Position numbers and translations under genes: made by a program. Shown here piece after piece: positions 17,228-24,564 of a stretch of DNA of 46,562 bases. Below the pieces are notes generated by a model. The model saw only the letters and a program-made list of their open reading frames with translations, did no database searches and was not told the origin of the DNA. The stretch is from Planctomycetaceae bacterium (GTDB lineage: Bacteria > Planctomycetota > Phycisphaerae > Phycisphaerales > SM1A02), in contig CANETX010000001.1 of NCBI GenBank assembly GCA_947441435.1, forward strand, positions 1 through 46,562, read 5' to 3'. Each line of letters begins with the position of its first letter. Positions within the stretch are counted from its first letter, which is position 1.

Positions 17228-18373
17228 ATGGATGCGCGCGGCGCGGATACTTGCCCTAACGATCCTGAACGGCGCCGCGAACTCTCGGCGTGGGCGATCG
17301 CGCGGGCGAAGTCGCTCGGGTTTGCCGCCGCAGGGGTGTGCGAGGCGTTGCCGAGCGAACGCGGAGTCGAACTTCGCCAGTGGATCGACCGAGGGTCGCA
17401 CGGACCGATGGAGTGGTTTGCGAAGAATGTCGAGGCGCGGCTCGATGTTCGCGTGATGTTCCCCGGGGCGCGGAGCATCCTCGTAGTGGCCGATCGCTAT
17501 CACGATGGCACTCCCGATCCTGATCGCGAAGTGCTGGACGCGGCCTCCGGAATTGCGCCGACGCGCATAGGACGGGTGGCGCGCTACGCCCGCGGCCGCG
17601 ACTACCACCGGCGGATGAAGCGACGGCTGCGCGTGTTGCAGCGCGAGTTCGAGTCGGCGCTGCCTGGGGTCAGGGGGAAGGTGTGCTGCGACATCGAACC
17701 GTTCATGGAACGAGAGCATGCTGAACGAGCCGGGCTTGGCCGTTGCGGAAAGCACACGCTCCTCATCATTCCGGGTCTTGGATCGTGGGTGCTGTTGGCG
17801 GCGTATGTCACCACCGCACTTGTCGAGCCGACGCTCGGCGAGTCGAGCGAGGAGTGGGGCGAGAGCGCCGACCCCTGCGGCAGCTGCACACGCTGCATCG
17901 ACGCCTGCCCGACACAGGCGATCGTGCCCTGGGGTGTCGACTCGCGCCGATGCCTCAGCAGCGTGACGATCGAGGAGCGCGGCACTCCCGACCCCGAGGT
18001 CGCCGCGCGTGCGGGACAGTGGCTGCTCGGCTGTGACATCTGCCAAGAGGTGTGCCCGCACAACCAGCCGACGCGCCGCTCCGTGTCGGCAGGGCGAGGC
18101 GCCGACTATGACGGACGCAACGCTGCGTTCGACCTTCTCGAAGTCCTCGGGTGGGATGACGCGAAGCGGCGCAGCGCCTTCGGTCCAAGCGCCCTCAATC
18201 GCGTGAAGGCCGATCAGGTGCGGCGCAATGCGGTGTGGTGCTCGCTCCGCGTGCTCAGGGAAGAGCCGAGCCATCCGCTTGGAGATTCGATTCGCAAGAT
18301 CGCGGGTTCAGCGACGGAAAGTGCGCATGTTCAAGCCGCGGCGCACGAGGTGCTCGCACGGATTCAGGCCTGA
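17228..18373 (+). CDS. queG: Epoxyqueuosine reductase (B12/4Fe-4S)
   Basis: ATG 2 bp after the hpnE stop. Two ferredoxin-type clusters, CGSCTRCIDACPTQAI and CDICQEVCPHN. DUF1730-like N-terminus and HEAT-like C-terminus. Confidence 0.85.
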   Translation: MDARGADTCPNDPERRRELSAWAIARAKSLGFAAAGVCEALPSERGVELRQWIDRGSHGPMEWFAKNVEARLDVRVMFPGARSILVVADRYHDGTPDPDREVLDAASGIAPTRIGRVARYARGRDYHRRMKRRLRVLQREFESALPGVRGKVCCDIEPFMEREHAERAGLGRCGKHTLLIIPGLGSWVLLAAYVTTALVEPTLGESSEEWGESADPCGSCTRCIDACPTQAIVPWGVDSRRCLSSVTIEERGTPDPEVAARAGQWLLGCDICQEVCPHNQPTRRSVSAGRGADYDGRNAAFDLLEVLGWDDAKRRSAFGPSALNRVKADQVRRNAVWCSLRVLREEPSHPLGDSIRKIAGSATESAHVQAAAHEVLARIQA

Positions 18374-18385
18374 GTCAGGCGTGGA

Positions 18386-20323
18386 TCAGCCGCCGCCGGG
18401 CGCCATCGCCCCCTGCATTCCCCTCATCATCGCGAACTGCACCTCTTGTGCGCTCTTGAGTTCTCCCGACTCGACCTTCGCGGCGAGGTCGGCGAAGACT
18501 CCGGCGAGCGGGCCCATCATCGCAGTCGCAGCGGTCAGTTGGGAGCGCTCCGCTTCGGGCATCGCCTCGGTGGTGGCATCGAGGTCGACCTTCCAGCCGT
18601 CGTCGGTCTTGACAGCCTTGTAGGACATCGAACTCATCGGAGTGGCGAAGGTGATGGTCGCCTCGGAGTCTGTCGCATCCGACACCTCCGCCTTGCCGCT
18701 GGCTTGCGCGGCCATCTGATCCATGGCGGGACCGAGGCTTGCGGATCCGAACTTCGCCTTCATGGCGAGTTGGAGGGCTGCCATCCCCTTGGCGAGGCCC
18801 ACGGTCATCGCCTCCATCGCTTGGCCATCGGGTCCCTTGGCGAAAAACGCCTCGTCGATGCGGACGAGTGCCTCGGGGGCAGTCCCCGAACGGGTCAAGT
18901 ACGTCGCGAGGTCCTGGGCAGAAGCAAACGGAGGCAGCGGCACCTCACCACCGTCTCCAGTCCCGGGCTCGCTCGCTGTTGTGTCAACGGACTCTGCAGC
19001 GCTGGACGCCTTGGCTGGTGCTGCGCGCCGCTCTCGCGCCTCGAATGAAGGAGTCCCGATCATCGCGATCGCTCGATCGATCGTCAGCGCCAATGCAACG
19101 ACTTCCTCCTTTGGCTCCACTGAGGCGCTCAGGGCCTCTTTCACGGCGGTGTAGCCATCAATGGCCGCAGTGGCCTGTTCTCGAGCCTTCGAGAGCAGAC
19201 TGCCCGCTTCGGAATCGAGAGCGGCCGCAGTCGAGGAGAGCGTCTCCCCCGATGCGAGGTAATGAAGCAGGAGCGCGTGCTGAAAGGTCGCTTCGCTCTG
19301 CGCAAGGAGCGCTCGCGCTCTGGCAACCGCCACGTTGGTCTTGGCCGCTCCGGGGACTTGGCCGGCGGCCGACTCCGCGGCATCGAGGTCGCCGGTGAGT
19401 CGTTCGACTCCAGACGTCCACCCCTCGTTCTTCGACGGATCCGTCATCGTCACGAGCGAGGTGATCGTCTCGCGAAGATTGGAAATGACTGCGCCGCCTT
19501 CGATGGAGGCTGCGTCATACTGATCGGCGAGCGCTTCGAGCGCGGCGATCGCCCGCGCGATGCTCTCCGCATGGCGCCGCGCCGACTCGGCATCGCTCGA
19601 GTGCAGCCGAAGCGAGGACTCACGCTCGACGAGGTCGACCTCTCCGCTCGCGGCGCGCGTCTGGAGTTCGCGCGCACCGTCGCGCTGCCGTCCAGCCTCT
19701 TCAGCGATCAGCGTGATCTCTCCCGGGCCAGCCTGAAGACCGCGCTGACGGGTCTCTTCGGCCTCCGCAAGCCGCGACTCTGCCTCGGCCATCGCGGACC
19801 CGTTCGCCTCCTTGAGCGCACTGATCTGCGACTCAAGTTCACGCTGGGACTCAGCGAGATCGCGGCTCGCCCCTTGGGCCGCCGCGCTCAGTGGTGCGAA
19901 TTCACCGATCGCCGGCGTCACCAACTGCTTGTTGTGGGCGCTGACATGGGAATGCATCGCGTCCGCTGCGCGCAGAAGTCCGAGTGCCAACGATCGGTTC
20001 GCCCGGTTCGCGCTCTCGATCTGATTGAGCCGCCCAAGCTCCAGGAGCGCCGCCTGTGTGCGCGCCGTTGCCACGAGCGCAGATGCTGTCTCCTGTTGCG
20101 CCGCGGTCGCCCCAGCGATCCCTTGCGCTCGCGCCGCTGCACTCCGCAGGTCTTCGGCGGCGGCGACTCGGTCAACCCCTGCCTGCTGCGCGGCGCGAAC
20201 GATGCCCGCCGATGCCTCGGCGAGTTTCTTCTCGGCGTCCTTTCGCTGCGCGACGGCGGGATCCTCGCACGCAAGGGTCAAGGTGGCGAGGATGGGGAGG
20301 CACAGAATGGTGGCAATTCTCAT
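18386..20323 (-). CDS. Large Ala-rich, predicted coiled-coil lipoprotein of unknown function
   Basis: 645 aa. Signal peptide with lipobox ATLTLAC. About 450 aa of Ala/Glu/Arg-rich helical sequence, then a C-terminal globular part (SYKAVKTDDGWKVDLD). No enzymatic motif recognised. Confidence 0.5.
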   Translation of the reverse strand: MRIATILCLPILATLTLACEDPAVAQRKDAEKKLAEASAGIVRAAQQAGVDRVAAAEDLRSAAARAQGIAGATAAQQETASALVATARTQAALLELGRLNQIESANRANRSLALGLLRAADAMHSHVSAHNKQLVTPAIGEFAPLSAAAQGASRDLAESQRELESQISALKEANGSAMAEAESRLAEAEETRQRGLQAGPGEITLIAEEAGRQRDGARELQTRAASGEVDLVERESSLRLHSSDAESARRHAESIARAIAALEALADQYDAASIEGGAVISNLRETITSLVTMTDPSKNEGWTSGVERLTGDLDAAESAAGQVPGAAKTNVAVARARALLAQSEATFQHALLLHYLASGETLSSTAAALDSEAGSLLSKAREQATAAIDGYTAVKEALSASVEPKEEVVALALTIDRAIAMIGTPSFEARERRAAPAKASSAAESVDTTASEPGTGDGGEVPLPPFASAQDLATYLTRSGTAPEALVRIDEAFFAKGPDGQAMEAMTVGLAKGMAALQLAMKAKFGSASLGPAMDQMAAQASGKAEVSDATDSEATITFATPMSSMSYKAVKTDDGWKVDLDATTEAMPEAERSQLTAATAMMGPLAGVFADLAAKVESGELKSAQEVQFAMMRGMQGAMAPGGG

Positions 20324-20363
20324 AGGAATCTCGGGAGACCGGGCAGTCTAGGGGAACTTCCGG

Positions 20364-21779
20364 TCACCGACTCGGCTCGTCGGCATCCGCAGGGGTGCCC
20401 GGCTGAGGGGTCCGCAGGTCCGGCGGCGTGTAGTCGATGGGATAGGTCGGCCGAGGCTGATACAGCGAGCGGATCCACCCTTCTGTCTCCGCAAGTTTCT
20501 GGGGATGCACCTTCGTCCCCAGCACGGGTCGCCAACCCTTCACCGCCGGATGCGGGTGCGAGGCCTCGTCGATGGGAAGTGCGTGCTGGATGAGCAGCGA
20601 CTGGCCGGGATTCTCGAACGAAATCAGAGGAACATCTCCTGCCGGGAACCGGAGCAGCGTGAGGAGGTTCGTGTACCTCACGCGCGCGTCGGCAGTGTTG
20701 GTGTTGAAGAGGAAGAGCCCCGCGTCCGGCCCGCCATGACAGCGGCTCGTGGCGCAATTGGGAATCAGCCAGCCGTCATGCACCTTCCGCCTGAACTCGG
20801 CGAGTGTCCATGGTTCGCTCACCACCTTGATCTTGGAATAGAAGTCGCGGGCCTTGAGGCCGAACGCCAGTCGCACGACATCGAGCGGACTTCCCTGCAT
20901 GAGCGCGGCGCGGCTCTGGGCATCACCCGGGACAAGCGGATTCGCGCTGAACTCCTCGATCAATTGCTTGGTGTCCCCCGCAGCGACCTCGACGCGCGGC
21001 GGACGATCGAAGTCGATCTCGTAGACCCTCAGGAGATTGACTTCGTCATTGGTGAGAACTCGAGTCGGGAGGGGGTGCCCGTGATGGTCCGGAAGATCCG
21101 GCGGGATTTCGTCCTCGGATCCCGAGGGGCGCTTGGCGGGACTCTTCAACAGCGCCAACTGCGCGTCGACCCTCTTGAGCAAGGCGACCGCCTCGGGCAA
21201 CTTCGAGTCCGCGACAAGTGCCACCAGCAGCGTCCGCGCCTCGTCGTATTCCTTTTCGCTCACCAGCCAGTCGCAGAGCGCCAAACGGCGGACGAAGTCG
21301 TCGGGATGGACCGATTCGCGCAGGGCCTTGTATCGCTCCTCGAATGGGCGGCTGAGGCCGATCCGGTAGACATCCTTGCGGGCGATGGCTCCGGGCACCT
21401 TGCCGATTCGGTAGCGAACTTCGTCGAAGTCGTCGGCAATGATCTCCGCACGAAATCCGGAGCCATCGCGCCGGTAGATCACTCCCGCGACAGGCGTCGG
21501 GATCTCGTAGAGCCCGATGATGTCGAGGATTGAGTCCTTGCGGTAGGTCGTCGTCTTGCCGTCGCGTTCGATGACGATCGACTCGTCGTCTTGGCTGACC
21601 ACGGTTCCCGATGCCTCGGTGGTGCGGTCCACATAGATGTGGACGCGCTGCGGTGGAGCCGGTGCCGAGGGCGCTGCAGGTTCCGGGGCGGGAGCGGGTG
21701 AGGGCGCGGCCGGGGGAGACTGCGCTGCAATCGATGCCGCGATCACGACCGCGAGAATGGGGGCCAGCAGTGGGAGCAT
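20364..21779 (-). CDS. Secreted protein of unknown function with a Pro/Ala linker and a conserved-looking C-terminal NCATSRCHGG motif
   Basis: Start set at MLPLLAPILAVVIAASIAAQ (ATG 21779), a plausible signal peptide. The 43 upstream codons would run into the divergent gene's promoter region. It lies 40 bp upstream of the lipoprotein gene on the same strand. Confidence 0.5.
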   Translation of the reverse strand: MLPLLAPILAVVIAASIAAQSPPAAPSPAPAPEPAAPSAPAPPQRVHIYVDRTTEASGTVVSQDDESIVIERDGKTTTYRKDSILDIIGLYEIPTPVAGVIYRRDGSGFRAEIIADDFDEVRYRIGKVPGAIARKDVYRIGLSRPFEERYKALRESVHPDDFVRRLALCDWLVSEKEYDEARTLLVALVADSKLPEAVALLKRVDAQLALLKSPAKRPSGSEDEIPPDLPDHHGHPLPTRVLTNDEVNLLRVYEIDFDRPPRVEVAAGDTKQLIEEFSANPLVPGDAQSRAALMQGSPLDVVRLAFGLKARDFYSKIKVVSEPWTLAEFRRKVHDGWLIPNCATSRCHGGPDAGLFLFNTNTADARVRYTNLLTLLRFPAGDVPLISFENPGQSLLIQHALPIDEASHPHPAVKGWRPVLGTKVHPQKLAETEGWIRSLYQPRPTYPIDYTPPDLRTPQPGTPADADEPSR

Positions 21780-21825
21780 CGCGTGAGCCGAGCAAGGATA
21801 ATCCACTCGGTACGATCGCGACACG

Positions 21826-22818
21826 ATGAAACTCGGCGTGATGGCGGCACTCTTCAGCGGACGGTCCCTCGAAGAAACGGTGCGAGTCTGTGCCGAACAT
21901 GGGCTCACCGCGATCGAGCTTCCCGTCGGGGCCTATCCCGGGAAGCCATTCTTCGAGCCCAAGAAGGTGCTTGCGCAGCCGCGCGAGCAAGAGCGGGTCC
22001 GCGATCTCCTCAAGGATCATGGACTCGAACTCTCTGCCATTTCGTGTCACGGCAATCCCGTCCATCCGGACAAGAAGATCTCGACGGCCCATCATGACGC
22101 CTACCTGACTGCGGTGAAACTCGCGCCGAAGCTCGGCACGGACATGGTGATCACATTCTCAGGTTGCCCGGGTGGATCAAAGGCCGACCGCACTCCCAAC
22201 TGGGTGACCTGCCCGTGGCCCGGGGACTTCTCCGCCACCCTTGCATACCAGTGGGAGAGTGTCCTTGTGCCCTACTGGGCGAAGCAGGCTCGCCTGTGCG
22301 CTGACCACGGTGTGCGCACCGCATGGGAAGCACATCCTGGATTCTGCGTCTACAACCCGGACACGATCGTTCGGCTCTCCGAGCGCGCCACGAAGGCGTC
22401 GGGACTCCGCGGCACGACGCGCCTCGGGGCGAACCTCGATCCCTCGCACTTCTTCTGGCAGGGAATCGATCCAGTGCTCTCCGCGCAGATGCTCGGCGAG
22501 GCCGGGCTCCTGTTCCATGTGCACGCGAAGGACACGGAACTCGACCGCAGGGAAGGGCCGCGCAATGGCTACCTCGACGCGCGCCCGTACGGCCAACTCA
22601 ACGAACGCGCCTGGAGTTTCCGAACCTGCGGCGACGGCCACGGCCACGAGTTCTGGAAGCCGTTCATCTCGATGCTGCGTCGGTACGGCTACGACCACGT
22701 CCTCTCGATCGAGCATGAGGACGCCCTGCTGAGCGTCGATGAAGGATTCCGCCGGGCGGTCTCGTTCCTCAAGGAAGCGATCATCTCCGAGCCAGCCGCC
22801 ACACCGTGGTGGACTTGA
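21826..22818 (+). CDS. Sugar phosphate isomerase/epimerase (xylose-isomerase-like TIM barrel)
   Basis: 330 aa. MKLGVMAALFSGRSLEETVRVCAEHGLTAIEL, ...HVHAKD..., ...LSIEHED... The pattern is typical of the AP_endonuc_2/IolE-like family. Confidence 0.7.
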   Translation: MKLGVMAALFSGRSLEETVRVCAEHGLTAIELPVGAYPGKPFFEPKKVLAQPREQERVRDLLKDHGLELSAISCHGNPVHPDKKISTAHHDAYLTAVKLAPKLGTDMVITFSGCPGGSKADRTPNWVTCPWPGDFSATLAYQWESVLVPYWAKQARLCADHGVRTAWEAHPGFCVYNPDTIVRLSERATKASGLRGTTRLGANLDPSHFFWQGIDPVLSAQMLGEAGLLFHVHAKDTELDRREGPRNGYLDARPYGQLNERAWSFRTCGDGHGHEFWKPFISMLRRYGYDHVLSIEHEDALLSVDEGFRRAVSFLKEAIISEPAATPWWT

Positions 22819-24564
22819 TCATCGATCGGGCAGGGGAGTGACCTCGACATCCTTCGATCGGCTCACCGTCACCGTCCACGTGATGGGGAGGCCATCGCTC
22901 GATGGCGCCGTCGGGGGAACGCGGAGGTCCCACCGCAGAATGCCCTTGGCCTGATCGCGGGCGAGGTACTCGGGGTCGTCGGAGAGCGGTGAAGCGAGCC
23001 CGGAAAGTGCCACTTCTACCTTGCTGCTGCGGCTGACCGGTCGGAAATCGAGGAGCTCGAGGCGGATCTCACGTCCCGTCGCATTGCCGACAAGGACGCG
23101 GTAGTTCGACTCGGAGTCGAGCCCGCCGCCGAAGAGGCCCGAGGCCTTGTCCTCGCGCTTGATCAGTTCGCGGGTGACGGTCACAGCGGGATCGGCTCCG
23201 AAGTAGACATCGAAGGACTCCTTGGGAGCCGCACCGTCGAAGGGCATCGCTCCGACGTAGTCGGCATTCACGAAGACAGACGCCTTTCCAGGCAGCATCT
23301 GGAACGCGCTGGTGTTGGCGAGGGAACCTCGAAGGAAAGCACCCTCGGTCACGGCAGGCTGCGCCTGATAGACGAACCGCGTCGGGGCCGTGAATGCGGC
23401 GATGCGCGCTCGGCGGAATGTCTGGTTGTCGCTGGGGGCATCGAAGGGGAGGGCGATCGTGTACGTCACGCTTGGGCCCGATCCAGCGATCACGGCTTCT
23501 CTGGAGAGGGTTTCGCCGAGCGCGGCTGCTCGGTCGATCGGCTCTCCAGCCTTGTCCGCCTCACGCGCGCGCGACTCCTCGCGTACTGCGAATCCCGTCG
23601 CCATTCCGCTGGGCATCTTCTCTGCCGGTGAAGGACGTCGAGTGTCGACGACATCGACGAACCAAGGGCGAACCTCAGGAGGCCGCGCTGCGCGCGAAGG
23701 TCGCGCCGTCGAAAGCGAGAGGCGAACGCCCTCCCACGGCTCTCCAGAACCCTGCACGACCATCGCATCGATTTCGACATTGAGCATCCCTTGCTCGGGT
23801 GAGGCGCGCATCGAGTAGACCGGTTCCCAACGTGCTCCGGTCACGAGATAGGAGAGGCGAACCGTGACCGTCTCCGGCTCGGTGAGCGCCAAGAGCACCT
23901 CCGCCGACTGCATGGAACCCGAGGTGGCACCGAGGGCCGTGCGCTTGCTGACGAGGGTCTCGGCGGCTTGCTGCTGCGCGGTGAGTTGCGCTTGCGCCGA
24001 CGCCAACTCTCCCTGCAGCCGCCGTCGCTGGGTCGCGATCCACAACATCTGCGCGTCGACCGCCGCCAAATCGAGTTTCGCGGTGCCACCCGCGGCGGCG
24101 GCGTCGGTGCTGGCGCGAATCCCGACTGCCTCCACGAACTTCCCGTCGGCGACGAGTCCGGCAATAGTGGCCTCCGTTGCTGCGATGCCGAGCCGCGCGG
24201 TGCGAATCTCCCCATCGAGCGCGAGCGCTTCGGGAGAAGAACTTCCCTCGGGAACCTCGCGCCGCGTGTAGTCGACCGAAAGGATCGCCCCCGCGCTCGC
24301 CTTCGCTTCAAGCGTCTCAGCCTCGATGGAGCCGGGAAGTCCATCGAAGCGCAACTTCCAGAATCCCGGTGTGAGATCCGTCGTCCCGACGCGTGTGATG
24401 GCGGCGCGTCCCTGATAGAGGACTACGGATTCGATCGTGGAACCGATCGCGCGTTCGACGGGCGCATCGCCGCGCGTGGGTGCGGGGACTTGCGCCGCTG
24501 GCGCCGGTGTCGCGTAATGCACAACGGCCGCAGCCACCGCGAGAATCCGGGTGAGCGTGGTCAC
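22819..24564 (-). CDS. DUF4139 (plus N-terminal DUF4140) family secreted protein (mucoidy-inhibitor-A-like)
   Basis: The GTG at 24564 overlaps the GDH TGA (GTGA). Signal-like TTLTRILAVAAAVVHYATPAPA. VVLYQGRAAITRVGTTDLTPGFWKLRFDGLPGSIEAETL resembles the DUF4140 opening. Central coiled coil, then a long beta-rich C-terminal region. Confidence 0.6.
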   Translation of the reverse strand: MTTLTRILAVAAAVVHYATPAPAAQVPAPTRGDAPVERAIGSTIESVVLYQGRAAITRVGTTDLTPGFWKLRFDGLPGSIEAETLEAKASAGAILSVDYTRREVPEGSSSPEALALDGEIRTARLGIAATEATIAGLVADGKFVEAVGIRASTDAAAAGGTAKLDLAAVDAQMLWIATQRRRLQGELASAQAQLTAQQQAAETLVSKRTALGATSGSMQSAEVLLALTEPETVTVRLSYLVTGARWEPVYSMRASPEQGMLNVEIDAMVVQGSGEPWEGVRLSLSTARPSRAARPPEVRPWFVDVVDTRRPSPAEKMPSGMATGFAVREESRAREADKAGEPIDRAAALGETLSREAVIAGSGPSVTYTIALPFDAPSDNQTFRRARIAAFTAPTRFVYQAQPAVTEGAFLRGSLANTSAFQMLPGKASVFVNADYVGAMPFDGAAPKESFDVYFGADPAVTVTRELIKREDKASGLFGGGLDSESNYRVLVGNATGREIRLELLDFRPVSRSSKVEVALSGLASPLSDDPEYLARDQAKGILRWDLRVPPTAPSSDGLPITWTVTVSRSKDVEVTPLPDR

